A stretch of 64,000 nucleotides of DNA from a virus (taxonomy: Duplodnaviria > Caudoviricetes): IMG/VR virus record IMGVR_UViG_3300028797_000006, positions 1-64,000 of that record; one strand, 5' to 3'. The notes under the pieces were generated by a model, which had not been told where the DNA came from, ran no database searches, and saw only the letters and a program-made list of their open reading frames with translations. Numbering within the stretch: position 1 is the stretch's first letter; the number at the start of each line of letters is the position of its first letter. The position numbers and the translations under genes are program-made. Of this stretch, positions 1-10,227 are shown piece by piece.

Positions 1-33
1 ACTATCTTTCTTTTGGTAATATATAACTTTCAT
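1..33 (-). CDS. 5' end of a hypothetical early gene (runs off window start)
   Basis: ATG at 33 after GAGAGG RBS; sigmaA promoter at 88-116. Confidence 0.55.
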   Translation of the reverse strand, partial: MKVIYYQKKDS

Positions 34-87
34 TCCGTCTGACCTCTCTTTCTTTGAGATACTAATTATCTCTTCTTTACACATATA

Positions 88-116
88 ATTATATCATATG
101 TGTATAGAAGAAACAA
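88..116 (-). promoter_or_regulatory. sigmaA-type early promoter
   Basis: TTGTTT-17 nt-TATAAT with extended -10 TG. Confidence 0.7.
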
Positions 117-140
117 GTAGTTTTACTCGTTTCCGTCTGC

Positions 141-431
141 CTAAATTATTTCAAACTCGGCATCTTCTATCTTGGCGGAGAATACGCCCGCAATATATTC
201 AAGATTGTTTCCGTCTGCGTCAAACTTAAGATTTTCTTTTGTTTGATAGAGTTGCTCGTTAAACTTATAACCAGCACGAACGCTAACTTCAACGAGTGGT
301 TCAGTATTTCCTCCGCAAGTAATAATTTTAATTCCGTCTACCACCACGAATGGTTCTTCTTTGTAGTCAATTTCTTTGACTAATCTTTTTTCTATTTTTT
401 TAATGAATGAGTTAAGACCTTTGATTTTCAT
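141..431 (-). CDS. hypothetical early protein
   Basis: 96-aa ORF, AAAGGT RBS, own promoter. Confidence 0.75.
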   Translation of the reverse strand: MKIKGLNSFIKKIEKRLVKEIDYKEEPFVVVDGIKIITCGGNTEPLVEVSVRAGYKFNEQLYQTKENLKFDADGNNLEYIAGVFSAKIEDAEFEII

Positions 432-457
432 AATCTCTTTACCTTTCTTACACCTAT

Positions 458-486
458 ATTATACACCTTTTTCACTTGCTTGTAAA
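458..486 (-). promoter_or_regulatory. sigmaA-type early promoter
   Basis: TTTACA-17 nt-TATAAT. Confidence 0.8.
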
Positions 487-522
487 GTAAATCTTTTAAC
501 TTTCCGTCTGCTCGGTTAGGTC

Positions 523-774
523 TTATAGACCTAAGATACCGAGCAAGAACTTTTCCGTCTGTTTGCGACTTTGTTTCACAAATTGTTTTTCAACAACTTT
601 GGACTCGTTTCCGTCTGCGTCATAGACTTTCTTTTCCACATCTTTCCATAAGTAGAGTGGGTATTCGCAACTTGCTGAGTGAGTGCGTCCGTCTGCCCCT
701 TTCTCTAACATTTGAAGTGTGATACGATTTCCATTCTTAATGAGTGTGTAGTTTTTCTTTTTTCCGTCTGCCAT
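523..774 (-). CDS. hypothetical early protein
   Basis: 83-aa ORF, purine-rich RBS, own promoter. Confidence 0.75.
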   Translation of the reverse strand: MADGKKKNYTLIKNGNRITLQMLEKGADGRTHSASCEYPLYLWKDVEKKVYDADGNESKVVEKQFVKQSRKQTEKFLLGILGL

Positions 775-804
775 AATTTTTTATCTCTCTTTCTTTCTAT
801 ATAT

Positions 805-833
805 ATTATACTACTTTGCGAGTATTGTTTCAA
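805..833 (-). promoter_or_regulatory. sigmaA-type early promoter
   Basis: TTGAAA-17 nt-TATAAT. Confidence 0.8.
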
Positions 834-1272
834 GACCTTTGAAGATATTTCCGTCTGCTGTGATTTTCCAACCGATATTTCCGTCTGCCTCACACCATTC
901 ACGGATATTTCTGCCGTAGTCATCAAAGAGAATTCCATCTGGGGTTTTCATAAACTCTCTTTTTACTTGCCCGTTGCGAATGAGAATAATTTTTCCGTCT
1001 GCTAACTTTTTGATATATCTATGTAGCCAACGAGTTTTTTCTCCGTCTGCCCTTTCATTTGGGCTCGCACTTAAAATATAGACATCATTTCCGTCTGCGA
1101 TTAACTTGCGTATTGCCTTTACATTTTCGTAAATCGGCTTCAAGCGTGAGAAGAAGCCCTTTTCAGTTCTAAATCTCGCTACTCCGTCTGGTTCCGCATT
1201 GAAGTCCGCCAAAACTCCGTCCATATCGCAATAGATAGTTTTTGATACTTTGATTTTTCCGTCTGCCTTCAT
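811..1272 (-). CDS. HAD-superfamily 5'(3')-deoxyribonucleotidase-like (NT5C) protein
   Basis: DMDGVLADF motif I, ILSAS motif II, LFDD motif IV. Confidence 0.8.
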   Translation of the reverse strand: MKADGKIKVSKTIYCDMDGVLADFNAEPDGVARFRTEKGFFSRLKPIYENVKAIRKLIADGNDVYILSASPNERADGEKTRWLHRYIKKLADGKIILIRNGQVKREFMKTPDGILFDDYGRNIREWCEADGNIGWKITADGNIFKGLETILAK

Positions 1273-1298
1273 TTTCTCTTGTTCCTTTCTTCCCTTAT

Positions 1299-1327
1299 AT
1301 TATATCATTTTAGAGTGCTCGCTTCAA
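1299..1327 (-). promoter_or_regulatory. sigmaA-type early promoter
   Basis: TTGAAG-17 nt-TATAAT with extended -10 TG. Confidence 0.8.
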
Positions 1328-1417
1328 GTAGTAAATTATACTTTCCGTCTGCCCCTACCTGACGGGTCTAGTTTTAGACCAGTCAAGTAGGAACGGACAA
1401 TTCCGTCTGCCCGTTTC

Positions 1418-1597
1418 CTATGCTTGAATACCTACTTCAACACATACATACGAAGTTTTTTCAATGTGTCTTTTCTCAAAGTAGTAGTCGCACATCTTCG
1501 CATCTTCTTTGAATAGTCTAATTGCGACCCTTTTAGATTTAGCACCCTTTAATTCGCCCGTGTGTGTATTGAGATATAAATTAACATATTTTTTCAT
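1418..1597 (-). CDS. small hypothetical protein (59 aa, MKKYVNLYLN...)
   Basis: ATG after AAAGGGG RBS, open to TAG; below the ORF-track cutoff. Confidence 0.6.
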   Translation of the reverse strand: MKKYVNLYLNTHTGELKGAKSKRVAIRLFKEDAKMCDYYFEKRHIEKTSYVCVEVGIQA

Positions 1598-1628
1598 AAT
1601 CGTTTAACCCCTTTCACAAGGTTAGGAC

Positions 1629-2129
1629 TTAAAGTCCTAACCTTTGATTTAATCTTGTTAATTTTGTTAAGTGTTTAGCAACTTGATTATTGATATTGAT
1701 TTTTCCCGCACTTGTAGGAATGATATTCTTACTATCAATGAGGTAAGCACCACTTTCGCAAACTATAATTGTATAGTGTGCTTTGCTTGTCTTTTTAGTC
1801 GCTGGACTAAATGAGGTGGAATACTTAATCTCAATGTTGCTTGACTTTGGTAGTCCGTAAGTATCTACTACTTTTGTAGTATCTAAATCACTCTCGTGTG
1901 CTTGTGCTTTGGTTGTTTTGCCTGTGATAGCGTAATTTACAAGGCACTCGCACAAACTACCACGATTGAAGGCGAACCCGTTTCGTGTCGGTTCAAGTGT
2001 TGCGACAAAGTCGTTGTCGGTAGCACCTAACATTTTTAATAAAATGTTATTACTATACTTTGCCTTTGGTTGTTTCGCATTGTTTTCTTTGAGTAATGCG
2101 ATAATCTCATTTTTTGTAAATTGTTTCAT
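1629..2129 (-). CDS. hypothetical protein (possible PD-(D/E)xK-like fold)
   Basis: 166-aa ORF; D...EIK pattern is weak evidence only. Confidence 0.65.
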   Translation of the reverse strand: MKQFTKNEIIALLKENNAKQPKAKYSNNILLKMLGATDNDFVATLEPTRNGFAFNRGSLCECLVNYAITGKTTKAQAHESDLDTTKVVDTYGLPKSSNIEIKYSTSFSPATKKTSKAHYTIIVCESGAYLIDSKNIIPTSAGKININNQVAKHLTKLTRLNQRLGL

Positions 2130-2320
2130 TTACTTTTCTCTCTTTCTTCCCCTTTTCTTACGGGGCAACACTATTCTCGCATATATACAAAAAAAGTCAA
2201 TACCCCGGGGGAATATTGTATTTTTTCGGGAAAAACGTGAAAAAACTCCTATACCTCTGGTCAAAATATCATATGAGGCATTTTTAAATTGGTCGGTTTT
2301 AAATTGGCATTAAAAAAGGA

Positions 2321-3247
2321 CTAAGCCTTTTTGTTTAGTCCTATCTCTTTACATCCAAAGTATTCAATCCAATACTTCTCACTTTTATTTAGATCGACTT
2401 GCGGCCCTCGTTCCACTACCGTCCAGTAGAAGTCTTCAGGTCTATAGTTATATAGTTTCTCGTTTCCTTTCGTGTCCGCACCGATCATCTTCTTAACGTG
2501 TTGATATCATCTATCTTGTATATTAACGGCTTGACCGACATAACATATATTCTCATCACTTTTAAGAATTAACCTATATATTCCTCGGCAACTTAATCCT
2601 TCTCTATTACCTAAATCCTGTAATTTTGGCAACCATATCTTTCTTCACTCAATAGTAGATATATCAAGACTTATATCAGGATAGTCGGTCTTGATACGAT
2701 TGAGAATACCAATTAATTCAGTCTCTTTAGGAGACAACTCTAATTCCCATAAATTACTATCTTCTTTTCAATTCTCTAAAAGGATTGTTCTCTTTATACC
2801 TTTTAATTTATCGAGCTCTAGGATTAATTCGGAGAGATGCGGTTTTTCAGTCTCAATGCCCTTCTCAATCTCTTTTAATTCATGGAGGAGTTTTTCCTTT
2901 TCCGTTTGTAATGCGCTTAAGTCTTCAGCATTATCGTGATATTTATCTTCAAGAGACAAACAAGCAATAGCAATCTTGTATGCGCGTTCGGTATCCTCAT
3001 TATAACGATTAACGGCATCTTTAACGAGCCTTTCCTTTTCATCGATTTCTCAGGATAAATTTTGGGAGGTGCGGTTCAATTCGGCGATGCGGGCCGTAGT
3101 TTCTTTTTCGACCGTATCATCAATTTGCTTCTTTGAATCCTGTTTGATTTTGTCTATTGCGCGTTTATGTTTCTCTTTAACTCACAAGCCTCAAAAGATG
3201 CCCGTGGTAACCAACGCGATAACTAAAAAAACAATAAGAAACGCCAT
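2321..3247 (-). CDS. membrane-anchored coiled-coil protein with C-terminal GIY-YIG nuclease domain (code 4)
   Basis: 308 aa through several TGA; hydrophobic N-terminus MAFLIVFLVIALVTTGIF; GIYRL...CYVGQA...R.YQH...E.YWI. Confidence 0.8.
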
Positions 3248-3331
3248 GCGCACTTCTCCTTTCTACATCCTTTTTAGTATACTAAAATTTTCCCTTCCAT
3301 TCAAGGAAAAATAAAAAAGACTTCCAATAAA

Positions 3332-3496
3332 TTAGAAGCCTAATGAATTTAATAATACGATTTCATCGTCAAGATCTGAGTTATTTTCATTCTCAGTTTC
3401 ATCTTGCAATTCAATCATATCAACAACAAGATCTACATAATCTTCGTCTTGTAATAATTCTTCTTCAGTTTCTGGAGTTAATTCTTCATCAATCAT
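3332..3496 (-). CDS. small highly acidic protein (54 aa)
   Basis: GAGG RBS; MIDEELTPETEEELLQDEDY...; no Lys or Arg. Confidence 0.6.
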   Translation of the reverse strand: MIDEELTPETEEELLQDEDYVDLVVDMIELQDETENENNSDLDDEIVLLNSLGF

Positions 3497-3755
3497 AAAT
3501 ACGCCTCAACGTTATTATAATATTGAATGAAGTAATTATTTTTTCAAAATTGGATAAGGAGAAAGCGATAGATAAGAAAGATATAAGATATTTTACTTTC
3601 TCCTTACCTATATAAATATAAAAAATATCTTCCTGATATGCAAGAAGTTTTTGAGAAAAGCCAAAAAGATTTCTGAATCATTTTCGATACTCACTTCAAT
3701 TTTGCCAAAATTAAATAAGTAAAATATAATAATTTGACTGAAAGGAGACTTCCTC

Positions 3756-4787
3756 ATGGTTACTTTTAAAACAGGCGTTTGTCCTAAATGCGGCCGTAAA
3801 GGCGTCTTGATGACAAGCAACAACCCTCTCAGTGGAACAACGATTTGTTTCGACTGTATTGTTAATAATTTAAATTATAAGAATCTCGAACACGGAGAAT
3901 TTTTCTGTCGTACATATAATCTTCCTTGGAATCCAGAACTTTGAATGCAATTAGTTCCTCAGTTTAAGGTTGCTACATTCAAAGAATACACTAGGATGGT
4001 ATTGGAAGATGCGGAAAATCGTCCAAATCTTGCATACGAGAGTACAACGCATGATTTATGAACTCGCACTAATAAAGAATGAGAAAAGTGCCGTGTTTTT
4101 TCGCAAATACTTAACAAACTCGCTCCAATTAAAGAATCGTATATCGAACGTGGTCGTCTAAAATGGGGCGAACAATATACTTTCGAAGAACTAATAAAAT
4201 TAGATAGTGTCTATTCGAGAACTTTAAAAGCTAATAACATCACTAATCCGCTTCAAAAAGAAGCCGTAAAAGCTTTATGTAAAATTAATATTGAATTAGA
4301 CGAAGCGATTAAGATGAAAGATGCCAAAGCAATTAAAGATTATTCTACTGCATACGCTAGTTTTGCGAAACAAGCAGATCTCGAAGGTATGATTAATGAA
4401 ACAAAAACTGATGATATTACAACCGTCGCTGAACTTTTTAAATATATGGAAGATAATGGCTTCGAATTTAAGTTCTATGATGGTTATGACAGAGATGAAG
4501 TAGATAGAACAATTAAAGACATCAATGATACAAATAGACGTTTAATTCTTGAATCAACAGGATTGCAACCACTTCTTGAAGAAATGGCGCGCAAAAGAAT
4601 GGAAACCGCCGAAGAACAAAAGACACAAGAGGCAGTTAAAGATACAAGTCTTCAAGATCTTTTGAATTACTCTGTTGATGATGCAGAAATTGCCACAGAG
4701 AACGATGAAGACGTCTTAAAAGAAAATTTCGAAGAAGAAAAAGAAGGCAAAACAACAATTATCTTTAAAGATAATATGGGTGAATAA
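3756..4787 (+). CDS. putative terminase small subunit / zinc-finger protein upstream of TerL (code 4)
   Basis: 343 aa through 3 TGA joining track ORFs 3756 and 4314; CxxC...CxxC; position before TerL. Confidence 0.65.
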
Positions 4788-4789
4788 TA

Positions 4790-6598
4790 ATGGCATTACT
4801 CGACGACTTTTTTGATGAGAATTATATTGATCCAGAAATCGAAGAATACTTCGAATTTTTGGACGCGGATGAACAAGAACAAACCGGTTTTCTTACTAAA
4901 AAAAGAGTGCGCGAAAATTTTACAAAATGCGGTGAAATGCTTAATCAATTCATGGTTTACCCAGATAAATTTATTGACTTGATAGTACCGAAAGAATCGC
5001 ATTTCCATTTATTCTTTTTCCAACGCGTAATGATTAGATGTATGGCTCGTGGAACAGCAGTTTACGAATATTTTAGTCGTGGTACTTCTAAATCCTTCTT
5101 AGCTGACATCGATCGTTATTTAAAATGTATGTTTATTCCTCGACACAATACAACAATCACCGCGGGTACAAATAAACAAGCCGCCGAAATTGCTAAACAA
5201 AAGGTGGTTGATGACTTATGGGTTAAGTTCCCATTACTCGCCAACGAAATGCAGAAACGTAAGGTCGCAGGAAAAATTTTAGATGCCTATAAAATGGGCA
5301 AAGATTATGTAGAATTTAATTTCAAAAATGGGTCGTCTTTAGGCTTAGGAAATGTCAGAGGTCTTCGTAGACAATCCCTTATTTTCGAAGAAGTTATCGA
5401 ACAAGATCCAGTCAAAGTAAACGAAGTTTATATTCCTTTATTGAACGAACCTCGTAAACTTTCGAATGGTTTAATAAACCCTCATGAACCACAATCCCAA
5501 CAAATTTATATTACTACTGCGGGATATCAAGGCACTTTTGCTTACGATAAGCTAGTTGAAATTCTCTGTAGAAGTGTCCTTGAGCCAGATAAATATTTCG
5601 TCCTCGGTGGAACTTATAGAATTCCATTATCATGCGGCCTCACAGCGCAAAAGCAGATTGAGGACGTTATTAACTCTCCTTCATTTAGTAAAGAGTCATT
5701 TGAACGTGAATATGAGAGTAGATGGAGTGATGCCCCGGCGGGTGCCGCATTTTCTCCAAACTTAGTAAGTTCCTTACGACAAGTTAAAGTTGTCGAGTTA
5801 AAAGACAAACTTACAGAAGCACAAAAAGAAAAAGATGCATTCTATGCGATCTGCGCCGATATGGCTAAAGATGGTTCTGCAGATACCGCAGTTGGTATTG
5901 CTAAAGTCATCCCAGGTGATCACTATTTTACATATAAATTTATCAATTTATTAACTATACCATCTACCGACTTCTTAGTCGTCGCTAATACCTTTAAAAA
6001 GCTCGTCCTTCAATATAATGCTAAACTATTGATTTACGATGCTAACGGTGTTGGTGCGGGTATCCGTGACTGGTTAAATAAAACTACAACAGATGAAACT
6101 GGCTATCCATTAGAAGGACTTGGAATTATAAACCCGCCAGCATCCGCGGAAAAAGATATTATTCGTTATCCAAAGGATAAGACCATCTGCTATGAAATCA
6201 AATCAGGCGGAAAAATTGGCGAACAAATACACTGGTTCTTTTTCTCAAGAATGAGTACCGGCGCAATTACATTTCCAATTAAGTTGGCAGATGCTTTAGC
6301 ACTTTATTCAAGAAATAAATCTTTTGCATCAATGAGTATGCGCAAACAACATGAATTTATGATGCCGTTCAAAACAATGGATTTAATGGAACAAGAACTT
6401 AAAAATCTCGACATCGTTAATACTTCTGACCAAATGAGTAACTCCCTAAAAATTGTCCGTCGTAACGCGGCAATTCAAAAGGACTTCTTCTCTATGGCAG
6501 AATACTTGGTCTATGCTTGTAATCAATATTTTGAGTTGGACTATTATAAACGCAGACGTGAACGCAGTAAGAAACGCGTGATTGCTATTTTTGACTAA
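4790..6598 (+). CDS. terL: terminase large subunit
   Basis: Walker A SRGTSKS, Walker B LIFEE, YITTAG coupling motif, FEREYES.W, nuclease DMAK; no internal TGA. Confidence 0.9.
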   Translation: MALLDDFFDENYIDPEIEEYFEFLDADEQEQTGFLTKKRVRENFTKCGEMLNQFMVYPDKFIDLIVPKESHFHLFFFQRVMIRCMARGTAVYEYFSRGTSKSFLADIDRYLKCMFIPRHNTTITAGTNKQAAEIAKQKVVDDLWVKFPLLANEMQKRKVAGKILDAYKMGKDYVEFNFKNGSSLGLGNVRGLRRQSLIFEEVIEQDPVKVNEVYIPLLNEPRKLSNGLINPHEPQSQQIYITTAGYQGTFAYDKLVEILCRSVLEPDKYFVLGGTYRIPLSCGLTAQKQIEDVINSPSFSKESFEREYESRWSDAPAGAAFSPNLVSSLRQVKVVELKDKLTEAQKEKDAFYAICADMAKDGSADTAVGIAKVIPGDHYFTYKFINLLTIPSTDFLVVANTFKKLVLQYNAKLLIYDANGVGAGIRDWLNKTTTDETGYPLEGLGIINPPASAEKDIIRYPKDKTICYEIKSGGKIGEQIHWFFFSRMSTGAITFPIKLADALALYSRNKSFASMSMRKQHEFMMPFKTMDLMEQELKNLDIVNTSDQMSNSLKIVRRNAAIQKDFFSMAEYLVYACNQYFELDYYKRRRERSKKRVIAIFD

Positions 6599-6639
6599 TT
6601 AAGTGGAAGAGATTAACATCTATATAGAAAGGTGTAATT

Positions 6640-8154
6640 ATGGCTGAAAATAAAGCGAATTTTAAAATAAATAGAATTAACGATTTAAAAGATCTCTACT
6701 CTGATGAAGTATCTACCAGACGTAGATTAAATCAAAGTATTGGTTCATCTGAATTACCAAAGAATGCGGCGGCAGTCCGTGATCTTTTACAAAAGGCGAT
6801 TACAGATAGATCTAATGTTGTAAAACTTTCTAAAGAACTTTACGCAAAGAATCCTATTTATGCATCTATTATCAATTATCTCTCCAATATGTATATGTGG
6901 AGATACACAGTTACACCGCATAAAACATATAAAAAATCGAAAATTAAAGACAGCAAAAAGCCAAAAGAAGCTGATTACATGTTAATGTATCATCAAATGC
7001 TTGAAGTTGTCGATGGATTATCAATTGAAACAAAGTTTCCATCAATTTTAACTCTTTTATTTACTAGTGGTGCAGTTTATCTCACTACATATTGTGATGA
7101 AGAGTCCATTACTATTGATAGTTTATTACTTCCAGATAAGTATTGTCGCAAAATTGGTGAAACACAATATGGGTCTGCAATTATTCAGTTTGACTTCAGT
7201 TATTTCCAAGATTTAGGTTTAACTAAAGATCAACTTAATGAATATTTCAAAAGCTTCCCAAAAGAATTTAAGTCAAAATATGCTAAATATCTTAAAGATT
7301 CTAATACTCGTTGGCAGACTTTAGACCCACATTTCTCAACTGGTATTCTATTAAATGACTATAGTATTCCAACTTATTTCTATCTTTTAGGTGGTATTCT
7401 TGATTATGAAAAATATCAAGACAATGAACTTGAAAGAAATGAAAATTTATTAAAGTATATTGTTGTTCAACAAATGCCGATTTATCAAGATAAATTAGTA
7501 TTTGAAATGGACGAAGTTAAAGCCTTACATAATTCCTTAAAGAAAAAGATTGAAAAGAGCGACAAAGTTAACTTAATGACTACTTTTGGCGAAGCTAAGG
7601 TATTAAAAGTTTCTGAAAATGATACCGTTGCAAATGAAGTTCTATTAAAAGCCTTCAAAGCAATCTTCAATAATGCCGGCTTCAATAGCGGAATCTTCAC
7701 TGCCGAAAGCGTCCAAGCTCTTAAAATGTCATTAATCCGCGATAAAGGAATGGTTTGGAGATATGTATTAGCTCTCTTAAATTTCTATACTATCGCAATC
7801 AATAATTGATTTGATTTTAAGGGGTATGAGGCCGATATTGATATTTTACCAATCTCGCCATATACTTATGACGATGATATAAAGATATATAAGGATAATG
7901 CTACACTTGGTGTTGGCAAACTTAATTATATCGTAGCATCAGGTATCAAACAAAGAGACATTGAAGGATGTTTCGAACTTGAAACCTTCTTAAAACTAGA
8001 CCAAATTACTCCTATGCAGACTTCTTATACTCAAACTGCAGTAGATAGAGAAAAAGAAGATACAAAGGATAATGGTAAGGAAGATGAAACCGATCCAGCT
8101 GAGATTGAGCCATCAGTTAAGAAAGGAAAGAAATCTTCTACTGACGAGGAATAA
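6640..8154 (+). CDS. portal protein (code 4)
   Basis: 504 aa through TGA at 7807; follows TerL; C-terminal PMQTSYTQ resembles SPbeta-type portals. Confidence 0.8.
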
Positions 8155-8156
8155 TA

Positions 8157-9716
8157 ATGAAAAAGCAAACTATTAACTTTAGTTGGCCTGCTACCTTATC
8201 AGACTTCTCGACAGATAGTTCCCAAGAGAATTTCACACGTGGAAAGCTTAAAGTTTTCTACAAAGGTGAAACTGCAGATCATCGTTATTTCTCAAATGAG
8301 TTCAGTGAAGAACTCGTAAAATCATTACCTTATACTCCTGTTGTAAGTCATTATGACGCTGAAAAGGATGATTTTGTGGGTCATGCAACTGAACAAGACA
8401 TTTACGGAATCGTTGATCCTTGTGTCGAACCTTCATTTGAAGAAGATGAAGACGGCAAATCTTGGTGTGTGTGCGATGTGGTTCTTTACACAGAACGCCC
8501 AGATAAGGTTGGCGAAATTGCAAAGAAGATTATTGGTCATAAACAATCTCTTGAACTTGACCCTAAAACAGTTAAGTACACTGTTAATTATGACGAAAAG
8601 AGGCACTTTAAAAACATTGAATTCACTGCAGGAACATTCATTGGTGTTAGTGTCTTAGGCGAAGATCAACGCCCTGCATTCACTGGTTCTGAGTTCTTCA
8701 ATTATAATGAAGACTTCTCTAAAAAGATGGAAATCCTCAGAAACTACTGTGAACGAAAAAATGATCAAGTAGACACTGGAGGCAGTCAAATGAATTTGCA
8801 AGAATTTATGAAGCTCTCCTGAGGTGACATTTCTTCAAAGGTCGACGAAGCCCTTATGCAAGAATATGGCGAAGAAGCCTACACCTACATTGTCGATATG
8901 TTCGAAGATAGCGCGATTGTTCGTTTCTATTCTTATATCGACGGTACTTGTAAGTTAATGCGTGTTAAATATTCATGTACAGCAGAGGGTGTAGTTACTC
9001 TCGGTAATGTCAATGAAGTTCACGTCGTATATGAAGACGTTGTAACTGCATCTAGCACAGCTACTGTGACAGAAGAAACAGGCGTAGAACAAACCACTCC
9101 TGAAGAAGTTACACAAGCTACTACTGAAGTAGTTGAATCAACCGCGGAAGTTGTCGAATCAACTGCAGAAGTCGTAGATTCTGAACCTAAAGTTGAAGAA
9201 CCATCTCCTGAAGTCGTAAACGCGGAGACTACAGTAGAGACTACAACTGAAGTAACAGAAGAAACTGCAAACGAAGGACCGGTTGCCGCTGCCTGTGACA
9301 GCGAAGCTGCAAGTGCAGCGCAAGTTTCAAACGCTGAAGTCACTGAAGTCACTGAAAACGTTACGAAAGTGAGCGTAGAAAATGAAGAACCAAAACAAGA
9401 AGAGAATTCAAGTTCTACCTCATTTACTGAAAGTGAAAGAGCAGAATTTGAAACCCTTAAAAGAGAAGAAAAAATCGGCTTAATTAACTCTTATAAGGAT
9501 AATTTGTCTGAAGAAGAATATAATAACTTCATGGCTTCTGTTGATATGAAGTCTAAAGACGAACTCGAAGTTGAACTCTTGAAAGCATATAAACAATATG
9601 CTGAAGAAGAGCTCAAAAAACCTAGAGCCGAAAGAGCATTCTCTTTTGCTCCTATTCTAAATATTAAAGAGAAAAAACAAGATTCACTAGACTCATGAGT
9701 TCAAAAGAACTTATAG
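8157..9716 (+). CDS. prohead protease / scaffold protein (code 4)
   Basis: 519 aa through TGA at 8820 and 9696; PVV.HY...GH, QSLEL, GVSVLG..RPAF protease-like motifs, then acidic T/E-rich scaffold. Confidence 0.8.
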
Positions 9717-9738
9717 TTTATAGAAAGAGGTATTATAA

Positions 9739-10209
9739 ATGATTATAGATTATTTACCAACATACCATCAAGTAGAACCAAATACCCTCAAGGGTTTACA
9801 ACCAGGTTTCGTTGTCTCACAAATGAATATTGCTTCATCAGCAACTGCAGCATTACTCACAAGAGACGGAAAAATGGAAAATGGTCATATTTGCGGAATT
9901 AGCGCAGATGGTATCGTCAAAGCTGGTAGTGATACAAAGGTCTTATTCCTTCACTACACAGAACCTTTAAATACATTATTCAAAGGAGACAGATTCTTTG
10001 CTGTTAATCCTAAAGAAGAATGCCCACGTCTTGTTCAATTAATTCCAGGTGATGAATGGATGTCAGATATGGATCCATCAGATGTTTGTATCGAAGGCCG
10101 TATCGTTGAAATCTCAACATCAGTTGAACAATATGGACAAGATGATTTCTATGAATGCAGTGAATTAGCAGATGGCACTAGTGCACATCACTATATGTTC
10201 ATCGGTTAA
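9739..10209 (+). CDS. putative head decoration / minor capsid protein
   Basis: Between scaffold and MCP; VEPN..., MENG, LHYTE pattern typical of this slot. Confidence 0.6.
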   Translation: MIIDYLPTYHQVEPNTLKGLQPGFVVSQMNIASSATAALLTRDGKMENGHICGISADGIVKAGSDTKVLFLHYTEPLNTLFKGDRFFAVNPKEECPRLVQLIPGDEWMSDMDPSDVCIEGRIVEISTSVEQYGQDDFYECSELADGTSAHHYMFIG

Positions 10210-10227
10210 TTAGAGAGGTAGAGTACA

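Larger units (their letters stand above)
33..1410 (-). repeat. Dispersed co-oriented 10-bp motif GCAGACGGAA (TTCCGTCTGC on +), 18 copies
   Basis: Exact copies start at 131, 209, 502, 609, 762, 849, 879, 993, 1089, 1257, 1343, 1401; variants with the TCCGTCT core at 33, 332, 553, 687, 1041, 1182; not noticed elsewhere in the window. Confidence 0.95.

Noticed and set aside
705-1005. Track ORFs 705-938 (-) and 712-1005 (+) with repeated QTEIS/ISVC
   Set aside because: They are alternative-frame shadows of the DNA motif overlapping better-supported genes.
33-1410. CRISPR array or Neisseria DNA uptake sequence
   Set aside because: The repeat is only 10 bp, irregularly spaced and inside genes, with no cas genes. 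It shares CCGTCTG with the Neisseria DUS (GCCGTCTGAA), but the flanks differ, it is local rather than genome-wide, and the phage looks Bacillota-type.
2201-2215. CCCCGGGGG as a genome terminus or packaging site
   Set aside because: It sits suggestively at the edge of the early region, but there is no supporting evidence without read-end data.
9020-9352. Antisense Ser/Thr-rich ORF and similar short antisense ORFs inside long genes
   Set aside because: They mirror low-complexity or codon-biased sense genes and have no RBS or motifs.
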